A stretch of 64,000 nt of DNA from the human T2T-CHM13v2.0 reference genome, Homo sapiens. Both the position numbers and the translations under genes were made by a program. The DNA is taken from the NCBI RefSeq assembly GCF_009914755.1, contig NC_060925.1; one strand, given 5' to 3'. This document shows, piece by piece, positions 1-16,510 of the stretch (its first letter is position 1; every line of letters starts with the position of its first letter). Below the pieces are notes generated by a model that had not been told where the DNA came from, did no database searches, and saw only the letters and a list, made by a program, of their open reading frames with translations.

Positions 1-213
1 TGGGGCATCAGGCAAGAAAGTATGTTCAGGGGAACTGCCATTTATAAAACCATCAGATCTCATGAGACATATTCACTATGATGAGAACAGCATGGGAAAA
101 ACCCACCCCTATGATTCAATTACCTCCCACTGGGTCCCTCCCATGACTTATGGGGATTATGGGAGCTACAGTTCAAGATGAGATTTGGGTGGGGACACAG
201 CCAAATCATATCA
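1..213 (-). mobile_element. THE1-family MaLR LTR, cut by the window edge
   Basis: Reverse complement of the THE1 LTR start (TGATATGATTTGGCTGTGTCCCCACCCAAATCTCATCTTGAA); the plus strand ends ...ccaaatcatatca at 213. Confidence 0.9.
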
Positions 214-331
<118 letters not shown>

Positions 332-689
332 CTATGTCTGTGACATAGTGTTGTATACATATTTTATGATTAACTTATTAATAATAGCATGAGAATGAAT
401 GCATTGGAGCTTTTATTAACCAAGCAAAAGTTACACTTTACACTTAAAACTCAGCTTGTGGGAAAAGAATCTATTTCATCAGTTACTATCCAGAATGAAG
501 ATGAAGAATAAATGTTTATCTCTCAGATATGAACATGTGTCAGAACATAAGGAGCTGAAAACAGAAACATACCAGGTAATGGATGAAGGGAATAGAGTCA
601 AGGGGAGCCCTCAGAGAATGAAGTAACTTTACTAACTGTAAATAGCATTCAGTGAAATTAAGTAACTAGAAGATGCAGTGGGATGACAT

Positions 690-885
690 GTCAGACTAAG
701 AGCACCCTCAGAAGTCAGGCAATGCTGAGTTTAAATCCAAGATCTTCTATTTATAAGACATCATAATTTGGGAAAACTAATCTCTCTAAACCTTAATGTT
801 TTTATCTGCAACATGGCGATAATAATGTCTCTCTCACAGATTTGTTCTAAGGATTAAATGAGATAATATATGTGAAAGAGCCTGA
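690..885 (+). mobile_element. MIR SINE remnant
   Basis: Degenerate MIR core (tttatctgcaacatggcgataataat...ggattaaatgagataatatatgtgaaag). Confidence 0.7.
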
Positions 886-1601
886 GAGATAACAGGAGAC
901 TCTGTTTGTTCAGAAAACACATAAAGGTGGGCCGAGACCCAGCCATCACTGGCAGTCAAGCATAGACAGAAGCAGCGTCATGGACGCTCTGCCTCAGCAA
1001 GTAAAAACAAACAAACAAACAAATAGATAAATAAACAGCACGTCTACTAACCAAAGAGAAAGCTATCTACAAGGAAACAGTAACATGAGCCAAAGGCAAC
1101 ACAGAGCCAAAACTCAGAAATCTAGGAGAGAGATGCCAAACCGGAAGCTCAGATGCCAAGATTAGGTGGCAAGGGTAAAAGTCAGGTAGCACCACACAAG
1201 TGTGCAGGAACAGAAATAGCCAGATTTGACGTTAAACAAGACAGTGTGTTTGAAGCAGGTGGGGTGGGACTCTAAAAGGAATTCCAATCAAAGTTACTTC
1301 TAAGGAGACTTCCAACTTTAGAATTTTAGAATTCCATGGTTTTGCTTAAATATTTCTCATTACTAGCTCCCAGTTCTAGCCTTGGAGGCAGCATGTGAAT
1401 TCCTGTGTCTTAGCAAATGCTTACTGGATAGCTCTCAGCATCATGACTTTGGCTAAGTTACTGGTAAAGGACACTTGACACTCCTTTCATGACTTATTTT
1501 TCTATCCCCCTTCCTATGTTTGGAGTGTTCCCCATCTTATAAATATTGAATGGGGCAGAGCCTAGTTCTTAGCATAGAAGATAAAGAAGTTGATGCTGCT
1601 T

Positions 1602-1755
1602 AAGGATAAACAGCTAATGCATGTGGGGTTTAATACCTAGGTGATAGGTTGATAGGTGCAGCAAACCACCATGGCACATGATTACTTATGTAACAAACCT
1701 GTACATCCTGCACATGTATCCCAGAACTTTAAATTAAATTAAATTAAATTTTAAA
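1602..1755 (+). mobile_element. Older L1PA 3' end fragment (~150 bp) with TSD
   Basis: L1 3'UTR (taatacctaggtgat...caaaccaccatggcac...gtaacaaacctg) with an A-rich tail; TSD aaagaagt(t/c)gatgctgctt at 1583-1601 and 1756-1774. Confidence 0.92.
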
Positions 1756-3449
1756 AAAGAAGTCGATGCTGCTTTTGCACCCTCCACAACAGACAGGGCT
1801 CAGCCATTTGAATCTGCTGATCAGCAGCATCCACCATGGGCTTTGAGCTGAAAGCTCATAATCCAAATAAGTAAGGCCATGGAGAATCCTCTTCTGTAGA
1901 AGTTACCATTGCAAGATAGTGTTCAAACTTTAATGTTGGCCTCCAGCATCCACCATGATTGTTAGTTCTATGGTGGCAGCATCACAACTTTCTCTCTAAC
2001 CCAGCTTTCTGAGGTAGATTTTGGGTAGTGTTTTGCCGAGCAAATGCCAAACCTGATTCTCCAATCAACCTGATAATTATTTTAATAAATTCTCTTTTTT
2101 GAATCAGACAAAGTCAGTTTCTTCAGTGCTGTGATTACATTACTCTTTAGAACCAGTTACCTCATCTATAAAATGGTAGAATACTAATTTCTGCCAATAG
2201 AAAGCTATGATAATTTACACTGAGAAAGGCATATAATATGTTTAAAGAAGATCCTGAAATACAGTTTTCTGTTTGTCAGTATTAGCTGTTATTATTTAGG
2301 TTTTTGTGCTTTACAGGGAAATTTGACAAATCTTGTTATTGAAAGCTCACAATAACTTACAAGATATTAATTGTACTAATCTGGGAACTCAGGTCCATTA
2401 ATATTAAGCATACAGAATGAACAAAATGAGAAGTACTGGGAAAATTTCTAGGCAAAACTGCCATTAAGATGGCTTATGAAACAGTAGGAATCATTAAAAC
2501 CAGTGAAAGAAACTGAATGAAACTGAGAAGAGAGTACCAAGGTCTCAGTAACTCTAATGTTTAAAGGTTTAGTAGAGATGTTAGCAAGAAACACTGAAAA
2601 GAAAAGGACAAAAAATTAGGAAAAATTGAGATTGGCCAAAAAGCCAAAAGAAAAAATATATTTCCATAATGAATTGGTCAATTATACTTCAGCTTCCAAT
2701 TCTTATCCATTTTCCTTCTAAAGGAAAAAGAACTATGTAGGGCTGGAAGGAATATGAATAAAACAATTGTGTGAAAGAGGAAAATGGGCTATGCTGACAA
2801 AGAAGGCAACTGACACCTGTGTTTGGTAGTTCCTAAGCAGAGTATCCCACCGTTCAATATAAAGTACCCAAGAGGTACTTTATATTGGGTACAATATAAA
2901 GTGGAGACTGCCCCAGGTATATAAGAAAGAATCAATATCAAGCAATATCATAGCTGGGGAGGTAGCTACAGGAATCTCCAGAGAGAGTACTATATTTGAA
3001 GTCAAAGTAAAGAATTATTCAGAATCTGGTTACTACGTCTTTCAGAATATGATCCTGGTTTATCATTTTTGGGGGTCAGGAACAACATCCAAACTCAAAA
3101 ATGCGGCCAAAAAGGGGATGTCTGGTCACTAACCAAGGAGGCTGAGTGTCAAGCCAGGACTCACACATAGCATGGGCCTGGAGCAAAAAGGAGGAAACCA
3201 ACATAAGCACACCATCAAACACACAGACAACAAACAGCTATTAGTACAGGGCCAAGGCATATAGACAAGTTAGGTAACTGCCAGGGCCTCAGTGAGCACA
3301 TATTACCAAGAGCCACCCCCAACCATGCTATAGGAGAGGATTTGTGGGAACAGAAGAGCAAGGAGAATGAGGCTTCTGCTGTGCTCAGAGAAACCTATTT
3401 CATGAACCTGCAGGTGAGCACTTTCAGGGATCCCAACTGATGAGGTCTG

Positions 3450-3650
3450 GAGAGAGGGAAGGAAGAAGGAAAGGGAAGAAGAGGGTAAGGTAAAGAAGGA
3501 CACTTGGAGAGTAGAAGAACTGGAAGAAGAACTTGGAAGGAAAAAAGGAAACAGGAAGAAGAATTTGGAAGGACAAAAGGAAACAGGTAGAGGGATGAAG
3601 GAGGCAGGTGGAAGTGAGAGAGAGAATGAAACAGAAAATTAGGAAGAGAA
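3450..3650. repeat. GA-rich low-complexity tract containing a ~32-bp tandem duplication
   Basis: Purine-rich; gaagaa(c/t)ttggaagga(a/c)aaaaggaaacagg occurs twice at ~3524-3587. Confidence 0.8.
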
Positions 3651-4532
3651 GATGTATATGTTAAAGCAGGAAGAACACGACTAAATATTACAGGAGAGGG
3701 TACAAGAAAAAATGTTTGAAATATGTGTAAACTATAGTTCAATTATTTGAGATCAGCCATAACACGGAGAAAAAAATCACATCAGGTTTTAACCGCCATA
3801 AGTACCAAATAGTTATGCTTCCTGCATTTATAAACAGATATCTTTTGGCAAGTGAATCAAAAAGGCCTCTACAAGACATGCAATTCTGGGCTTCAATCCA
3901 TTCACTCTGTGAATTAATTGACTTTATTTGAACTCTACTGTTTTCAGTTGGAGAATTCACTGTGAACATGTTGTACATATCTCAAATATCAAATAGCAAA
4001 TGCACTGCAGCCAGATTCTGAAACAGAGCCAGAAATTGTTTATTAATCAGACAGGGGTTTCTCCATGATTAGGAAAGACAACTAAGGGATAAATACATAA
4101 AATAAACAGCTAAACTCTGGAATGTCTTCCACATTTCTCCTTTCACTTTGGAAGCAAAAGCTCCACTGGAAACCAAGTAATTGTTCTCACTAGGGGCAGG
4201 GGGTGATACATGACACCTGCTTTCAAAGCAACATTTGCCCCTAAACCTCATTTCCAATCTGTTTTTCATATATTACTCAAAATAGTAATTTGCCAGCAAT
4301 AGATTCATAAATCCAGTTGTCTTTCTTCTCTTACAACACCAATAGTGTTACATTTTAATCTTTTATTGCAAATAAAAAGTTTCTTCGAGCTGACAGGCCC
4401 AGAAGTGAATATTCTGGTTAATGTCTAAAGCTATTACATTAAAACGTTAAAGCATATAGTGTTCTAAGCAGGATTTATCAGAGCTAGCAAAAGATAAATA
4501 CTCTGGGTCTCTTAATCAAATAAATTGGTTAC

Positions 4533-4542
4533 ATAGATAGAC

Positions 4543-4582
<40 letters not shown>

Positions 4583-4602
4583 TAGATAGATAATAGACAG
4601 AT
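4533..4602. repeat. (AGAT)n tetranucleotide microsatellite
   Basis: Nine perfect AGAT units at 4543-4578 with imperfect flanking units. Confidence 0.97.
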
Positions 4603-5049
4603 CACGCTGGATAATAGCCATAGCCAAAGGCAAACCACAGGTCTAGTCTTGGCCACCTGCCACTGCTACTGGAACTGTGATGAATCTGACTCCATGAATG
4701 TTTCCTCTGTCTCTGTTTTACATTCTCAGATCCAAGATCCTCTAATTGTTTTTTCATCTCCCTTTCATGACCAATCCATGGACTAGGCAACACAGCACAG
4801 GATCACTGCCTTCAGACTAGACAACACAGCACAGGGTCACCACTTGGAAGATTCCCTAATGGTAAGGGTCCCTACAAAAGGAAGGAGAGGTCAGCAAATA
4901 GGAAATGGTTAAGCCTGGATTGCAACCCCAGAGGCTGTCCTCATCACTAATAGGTAATTTGAAAATCACAAGCAGGAGTCCAGATGTCAACCTTCTTCTA
5001 GGTACACATTGGTGACTAAAGTAACAGAGAGTCTCAAGGAAATGTTAGT

Positions 5050-6828
5050 TCATAGGGGGAAATGATGAGATATTGAGAAAGATCAATAAAGGGAAAGAAA
5101 TACTAAAAACTGAACAATGTATAGCAGTGGCAGCAGAATAAATGAAGCAAACAGAACAATAATTATTAAAAGTATTATTAAATATTTATACAGAGAAAGA
5201 AAGAGACATTATAGAGAGCATAACAGATGAACAAATCAGGAATAAGCAAATATGGAACATAATTATTTGGATTTATTGGTAATAAGAACACCATTACTAT
5301 AATAAAAAAATGGATAGGCTGAATTACAGAATATAGTGCCAAAGTTATTTAGTGGGTCAAAGATCCACGTGAAGAATTATCACTGGAGGTATTAAGAAAG
5401 TTCAAATAAGAACAATAAATAAAAAGTTTTGTAGAAGAGATATGTAGAAGGGTCAATATTTAATATTAATCCCAAATGACATAAGTAGAAGTAAAAAATG
5501 TATTTGAGGGAATAGTGACCAATAATTTGACAAAATGAAAAGATTTATGACACTTCAAATTCAAAAGGATCTAGAGTTCAGTACAGGATAGATTTCTTCA
5601 AGCCCTACCTCTATTAAAAAGAATTTTTAAAGCTCCCAAGACTCAAAGATAAATTTTTAAAATATTAATTCCAGAATATTAAAACAATTTTCTAAAATAG
5701 TGAAGAATCAAATTAATATCAAATTCTAAATAGCTACACTACGTATGAGGAGAAAATGACATAAAATTTTTGTTTTGAAGGAAAAGACCTTGAGTCAACT
5801 TGAATATCTAGTTGAATTATAATTTATATATGAGAGTAAACATTACCCAACTTTTGAACTAGTAAAAAAAAAAAATCTTAATAAAGGGAATCAAAATAAA
5901 GAAGGAGAAGGGAGAGGAAAATTAAGAGAAAAGAAAGAGAAAAAATACGTCAATTGATATATAAAAATAACATAGTAGGAATAAGTACTGATGCTATTTA
6001 TAATTAAAATAGATTACTCCAAGGATACATATTTCCATAATAGTTTTATAAAAAATTCAGCAATGTCGAAGATAAGAGACTTGAACTGAGAAGAAACTAA
6101 ATGATTGAAAATAAACAGATATGCCAAACAAATACTGAAAAACAGAATGCTAGAGCTTCAACTTTCATATGAGGCAAAACAGAACTTAAAAACAAACAAG
6201 AACACTATGAGATATAAGTAATAATTCACAGAGTAGGAATATGTAATAAATCATGAACACATATGCACCTAATAACATATTTTCAGGATATACAAAGCAA
6301 CAATTTACATGATGATGCAGCAGATAAAATTAAAACTTTAGCTGGAAATGTTAATGTTTTTATCACAGACACTGAAAAAATGAAGTAGACAAAAATGTAA
6401 ACATTATAGACAATTTGAAACATAAACAAAGCTTTACACTGATTAAATAAAGGTTATTTTTTTTTAAATGTGCTTGGAAAGTTTATAAATTCAGCCAAAT
6501 AATAAAGTCTCAGCAAAAGCAGAAAACGTTTATTATGTAAACTATGTTATCTAATTGTTATACTATAATATCATAAATAAATTACAAAAGGATAATTTTG
6601 AAATTCCATATGTCCAATAATTAAAATAATACTACTAAATCACAGGTAAAAATTAAGTCAGAAAGGAAATTAGTAAAATTTAGATCTGAAAGACAATAAA
6701 AAGCCAAATGACAAAATTTGTGAGTTACAGCTATAGCAATATTTAAAATAAAAATTATAAATACATTTATTTTAAAAATAAGGAAGATTAAAAACTAATG
6801 AACTAAGAATTTGATTTTAAAAATATAT
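5050..6828 (+). mobile_element. Ancient L1M (ORF1 / ORF2 endonuclease region), 5' part
   Basis: A-rich degenerate L1 coding sequence, e.g. aacacatatgcacctaataac (NIYAPN-like) near 6256; resumes after the L1PA2 insertion. Confidence 0.7.
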
Positions 6829-6842
6829 AAGAGGATTACCAG

Positions 6843-7745
6843 GAGAGGAGCCAAGATGGCCGAATAGCAACAGCTCCGGTCTACAGCTCCCAGCGTGAGC
6901 GACGCAGAAGACGGGTGATTTCTGCATTTCCATCTGAGGTACTGGGTTCATCTCACTAGGGAGTGCCAGACAGTGGGCGCAGGTCAGTGGGTGCGCGCAC
7001 CGTGCACGAGCCGAAGCAGGGCGAGGCATTGTCTCACTTGGGAAGCGCAAGGGGTCAGGGAGTTCCCTTTCCGAGTCAAAGAAAGGGGTGACGGACGCAC
7101 CTGGAAAATCGGGTCTCTCCCACCCGAATATTGCGCTTTCGGACCGGCTTAAAAAACGGCGCACCGCGAGATTATATCTTGCACCTGGCTAGGAGGGTCC
7201 TACGCCCACGGAGTCTCGCTGATTGCTAGCACAGCAGTCTGAGATCAAACTGCAAGGCCGCAGCAAGGCTGGGGGAGGGGCGCCCGCCATTGCCCAGGCT
7301 TGCTTGGGTAAACAAAGCAGCCTGGCAGCTCGAACTGGGTGGAGCCCACCACAGCTCAAGGAGGCCTGCCTGCCTTTGTAGGCTCCACCTCTGGGGGCAG
7401 GGCACAGACAAATAAAAAGACAGCAGTAACCTCTGCAGACTTAAATGTCCCTGTCTGACAGCTTTGAAGAGAGCAGTGGTTCTCCCAGCATGCAGCTGGA
7501 GATCTGAGAACGGGCAGACTGCCTCCTCAAGTGGGTCCCTGACCCCTGACCCCCGAGCAGCCTAACTGGGAGGCACCCCCCAGCAGGGGCACACTGACAC
7601 CTCACACGGCAGGGTATTCCAACAGACCTGCAGCTGAGGGTCCTGTCTGTTAGAAGGAAAACTAACAAACAGAAAGGACATCCACACCAAAAACCCATCT
7701 GTACATCACCATCATCAAAGATCAAAAGTAGATAAAACCACGAAG
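6843..7745 (+). promoter_or_regulatory. L1 5'UTR internal sense/antisense promoter
   Basis: CpG-rich ~900-bp 5'UTR with an intact YY1 motif CCAAGATGGCCG at 6851-6862. Activity cannot be shown from sequence. Confidence 0.75.
7189..7290 (-). pseudogene. L1 ORF0, truncated at 33 aa
   Basis: The minus-strand ATG at 7290 gives MAGAPPPALLRPCSLISDCCASNQRDSVGVGPS followed by TAG (consensus GAG). Confidence 0.8.
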
Positions 7746-8761
7746 ATGGGGAAAAAACAGAACAGAAAAACTGGAAACTGTAAAATGCATAGTGCCTCTC
7801 CTCCTCCAAAGGAACACAGTTCCTCACCAGCAACGGAACAAAGCTGGATGGAGAATGACTTTGACGAGCTGAGAGAAGAAGGCTTCAGATGATCAAATTA
7901 CTCTGAGCTATGGGAGGACATTCAAACCAAAGGCAAAGAAGTTGAAACCTTTGAAAAAAATTTAGAAGAATGTATAACTAGAATAACCAATACAGAGAAG
8001 TGCTTAAAGGAGCTGATGGAGCTGAAAACCAAGGCTCGAGAACTACGTGAAGAATGCAGAAGCCTCAGGAGCCGATGCGATCAACTGGAAGAAAGGGTAT
8101 CAGCAATGGAAGATGAAATGAATGAAATGAAGCGAGAAGGGAAGTTTAGAGACAAAAGAATAAAAAGAAATGAGCAAAGCCTCCAAGAAATATGGGACTA
8201 TGTGAAAAGACCAAATCTATGTCTGATCGGTGTACCTGAAAGTGATGGGGACAATGGAACCAAGTTGGAAAACACGCTGCAGGATATTATCCAGGAGAAC
8301 TTCCCCAATCTAGCAAGGAAGGCCAACGTTCAGATTCAGGAAATACAGAGAACGCCACAAAGATACTCCTCGAGAAGAGCAACTCCAAGACACATAATTG
8401 TCAGATTCACCAAAGTTGAAATGAAGGAAAAAATGTTAAGGGCAGCCAGAGAGAAAGGTCGGGTTACCCTCAAAGGGAAACCCATCAGACTAACAGCGGA
8501 TCTCTCAGCAGAAACCCTACAAGCCAGAAGAGAGTGGGGGCCAATATTCAACATTCTTAAAGAAAAGAATTTTCAACCCAGAATTTCATATCCAGCCAAA
8601 CTAAGCTTCATAAGTGAAGGAGAAATAAAATCCTTTACAGACAAGAAATGCTGAGAGATTTTGTCACCACCAGGCCTACCCTAAAAGAGCTCCTGAAGGA
8701 AGCGCCAAACATGGAAAGGAACAACCGGTACCAGCCGCTGCAAAATCATGCCAAAATGTAA
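7746..8761 (+). pseudogene. L1 ORF1p, disrupted
   Basis: Starts MGKKQNRKTG at 7746. TGA at codon 49 (7890-7892, CGA>TGA) and a 1-bp deletion near 8646. The 8016-8654 ORF is the remaining open piece. Confidence 0.93.
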
Positions 8762-8824
8762 AGACCATCGAGACTAGGAAGAAACTGCATCAACTAACGA
8801 GCAAAATCACCAGCTAACATCATA

Positions 8825-12648
<3,824 letters not shown>

Positions 12649-12922
12649 ACAATGAGATCACATGGACACAGGAAGGGGAATATCACACTCTGGGGACTGT
12701 GGTGGGGTGGGGGGAGAGGGGAGGGATAGCATTGGGAGATATACCTAATGCTAGATGACGAGTTAGTGGGTGCAGTGCACCAGCATGGCACATTTATACA
12801 TATGTAACTAACCTGCACAATGTGCACATGTACCCTAAAACTTAAAGTATAATAAAAAAAAATAAAAAAAATAAAAATAAAAAAGAAAATATGGGAAAGG
12901 CTAAAAAAAAGAGGATTACCAG

Positions 12923-13420
12923 AGTAAACACAAAGAAAAAAAAATGGAAGTAAGAACAGAAATAATACACAGGAAAGAAAGAAAAAAAGGAATAAATACA
13001 TATATAACAGAAATTTTTATGAAACAACCATACTTCTGAAATCCTGTATAAAACTGATATATTTTTAGAAAAATATAAAGTGCCAAGATTGGCACATGAA
13101 AAATTAAAAAATTTAAATAGATTGGTAATCTTTTTTAATGAAATGGTAACCAAAACCTTCTGCTATTCTAAAAATTCACGAACCTAGACAATTTTCCAGA
13201 TAACACAATAAAATAGTATTTTAAAGAAATTTTTTAAGATTTCATTTTTTAAGAAATATTCTAATTTAAACAAGTTGTTTTTTAAAAAAGTTTTAAAAGG
13301 TGGAAGTACCCTATTCACTTTATTTTTAATATATACTTGATACCAAAACCAGATGGCAATGTGAGAAAATAAAAACATAAGCCAATTTTAATTTTTAAAA
13401 TAGATGCAATATTCACACAA
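12923..13420 (+). mobile_element. Ancient L1M ORF2 remnant (continuation of 5050-6828)
   Basis: Degenerate ORF2 sequence (ttgataccaaaaccagatggcaat...aaaatagatgca) directly after the second TSD. Confidence 0.7.
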
Positions 13421-15870
13421 ATGTTGGCACAAAAATGTTTACAGCAACTTTATTCATAATTGCCAAAACCGGAAGCAACCAAGATATCCTTCAATAGGTA
13501 AATGGATAAACATACTATTATTACACACTCATATAATGGAATGCTAGTCAGTGATAGAAAGGAACAGTTTATTAATCCATACGACGTCAGTGACTCTTAC
13601 ATACATATTCCTAAATGAATGCAGCCAGTATGTAAGACTCCATACTGCATGATTCCATTTATATAACATTCCAGAAAAGGCAAACTGATGTATAAAGAAA
13701 ACAAATCAATGGATACCAAGGATTTCTGGAAGGGAAGAGTTGACTAGGGGAAGCACAGGGATTTTTTAGGGCAGTGAAACTGTACAGTATTTAACCATAG
13801 TGGTGGATTCATACCACCATATATTTGCTGAAACCCCAAAATAGATTTTAACAGCCCAAAAAGTAAGCCTTATTTTTAAAAAAAATTAATTAAAGCATTG
13901 GGGGAATCACAGGATGAAATTCAGACAAAGACAAAAGTATATAATTGTACTACAGAGGTATGGCATAACCTCTCTGAAGAGAGTGGCCAAATAATAATAA
14001 TAATAATAATGCTGACCTAAGTAACTTTAGAAATGACTGGGAAGTATAAGACTACAAACACAAGCACTGTCCTTTAGTTGGCCAAGTTGTTTCTCACAGA
14101 AGGATGGGTTAACAATTCTAAAACTACTGTACATATATACTAGGATTAAACAAATTAGTACAACAATGTTGGATGGCGGAACCAGGTTTCTCACTGTTGG
14201 AGAGTGACATAACAGGCTAGCATAGGCAGAAGACTATAATGAATCATGTGGGCTGGGTTAGGGTTGGAAATATCACTATGAGCTCATATTTAGCTTAATA
14301 CTAATACAGATAGAAATAATTATAGAGATAGAAATACACACACATGTACACACGCATACACACACAGCTTAATATACATACATGTATTTTTTAACTGTCT
14401 GTGGAAAGGGCCTGGAAGCAATTATACCCAGTAGCAATGATCATATCCAGTTCTCAGATTTTGGTTTCTATCATCATCCTCCAATAAAAGGAACTAGGGA
14501 TCTGTACTAGTCTATTTGTATTGCTATAAAGGAATACCTGAGCTGGGTAATCTATAAAGAAAAGAGTTTTTTTTGGCTCACAGTTCTGCAGGCTGTACAA
14601 GCATGGCACTAGCGTTGCTTCTGCTGAAGCCCTCAGGAAACTTCCACTCATGGCAGAAGGCAAAGGGAGCAGGCATGCCACATGGTAAGAGAGGGAACAA
14701 CAGAGATTCGAGGCTCTTTCAAACAATCAGCTGTCTCATGAACTAATAGGGTGAGAACTCATTAATGCAGGGAGGACGCTTCATGAGGGATCTGGCCCCG
14801 TGACTCAGACACCTTCCACTAGGCCTCACCTCCAACACTGGGGATTGTATTTCAATGTAAGATTTGGAAGGGACAAGGATCCAAACCATACATGTAACCT
14901 TGAGAAAATGGCTGATTCTAGGACTACAGTAGAGAATATACAAGATACATCTGAAGCATCGTATAGTACCAGAAAGTCACACACAATGATAGGAGTATGT
15001 CAAAAGGACATAAGAGCCCATTAAAAGAGCTTGCAAAGATCGAAGTTGGAATAATTTGAGCAACAACACAAATAAAAGAGTACTGGATTATAAGCCAAAC
15101 TATAAACTAGAAATTTATGGATCCATAACAATATACATAAGAATCAAATAAAGAAATGAGGGAGAAGAGACAAATCTACCATACAAAGGAATTCCAAATA
15201 ATGTATGTAGATACTGCCTATTAAGGAAATGGAGACGGACTCCCCACCCCTTGAGTGTGGACTGTGCTTAGTGACTTGATTCCAAAGAGTATGGTATGAA
15301 AAGGAGGGAAGAGAAAATAATTTTTTAGTGCAGAAGCTTGGCAAATACTACCTCAGCCGGGTGAGCAAGGTTAATATCATCAGCTATGTCATGTTGATAG
15401 TATATACGCTTAATATAAGGGGATAAGAATGACACTTCACCTCTTTGGTCTTCCTCCTAAAAAATCATAAGCCCAATCTAACCATGAGAAAACACCAGAT
15501 GATTGGTATCACATTCCATAAAATACCTGACCAATATTCCTCATAACAATCAACGTCATCAAAAACAAGTTATGTCATAGTCCAGGAGAAATTAAGGAGA
15601 CATGAAAACTAAATAGAATGTGGAATTATGAGTGGGATTCTAGAACAATAAAAGGATATTAAGAAAAACTAATGAAATGCAAATATAGTATGGAGTTTAG
15701 TTAACAGCAATGTGTCAATATGGGTTCATTAGTTGTGACAAAAGCGCCCTACTAATGTAAGCTATTGACAATGGGAAAGATTGGGTGTGGTGTGTACAGG
15801 CGCTCTCTGTACTTTCTGTGCAAGTCTTCTGTAAATACAAAACTATTCTAAGATAAAATACTTATTTAAA
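13421..15870 (+). mobile_element. L1MD/L1MC-like 3' end, interrupted by an MST LTR
   Basis: aatgtttacagcaactttattcataattgccaaaac... leading into a long L1M 3'UTR that ends gtaaatacaaaactattctaagataaaa; older L1 ORF2 sequence resumes after 15870. Confidence 0.75.
14503..14892 (-). mobile_element. MSTB-like MaLR solo LTR
   Basis: TG...CA termini; ttgctataaaggaatacctgag...ggctcacagttctgcaggctgtacaagcatgg...agatttggaagggaca. Confidence 0.88.
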
Positions 15871-16270
15871 TATAGATTTTAAAAATCTAAAATAAAATAT
15901 TGGCTACCAAATCTTAAAGCATAATACAAAATAATCATCATGATTCCTGACCTATCAAAAAAATTGATTAATAATTTTATAACATTAAAAGACCATCGAG
16001 AAAAATCTTAAGATACAGATGTTGATATTTATAGCAGCACTACCTGTCATAGCCAGGAGCTGAAGACAACCTAGGTGTTCAATATTGAGATAATGAATAG
16101 ATATAAAGTGGCCTCGCATAGAATGAAATATTACACAACATTTAGAAATAATGAACCTAGATGCATATTGAAAAAGGCATAGGTTTAAAAAAATTCGGTC
16201 TTCAATGAAAAAAGTAAACAAAATTATATTTACTCTTTATACATCTATTTATTTAAAAACATAAACAATA
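15871..16270 (+). mobile_element. Ancient L1M (L1ME-like) remnants
   Basis: ORF2-like aaaaatctaaaataaaatattggc and 3'-end-like gatgttgatatttatagcagcact...gaagacaacctaggtgttcaata. Confidence 0.6.
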
Positions 16271-16289
16271 GGTACATTTTCAATGGTTT

Positions 16290-16510
16290 ACAAGCACTCT
16301 ATGCCCCAGGTACTAATCAATTTTATACTATATATATATATATATATATTAATCTATTTAATTCAGTGAATAATCATACACAGATTAAGAAACTGAGGTA
16401 CAGAGAAGCTAAACAGCTTGCCTCAGGTCACACAATGCAGTCTGGCAGGGTGAGGAGTTGAGCCTGGTCTCCTAAACCTGCATTCTTAAACAGCGTGCTC
16501 TACCACCTCT
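16290..16510 (-). mobile_element. MIR remnant with an internal (TA)n
   Basis: cagattaagaaactgaggtacagagaag...gcctcaggtcacac; (TA)~10 at 16329-16349. Confidence 0.7.

Noticed and set aside
6817-7833. Minus-strand ORFs in the L1 5'UTR (115, 61 and 130 aa)
   Set aside because: Generic antisense frames of L1PA sequence; the real ORF0 frame is truncated at codon 34.
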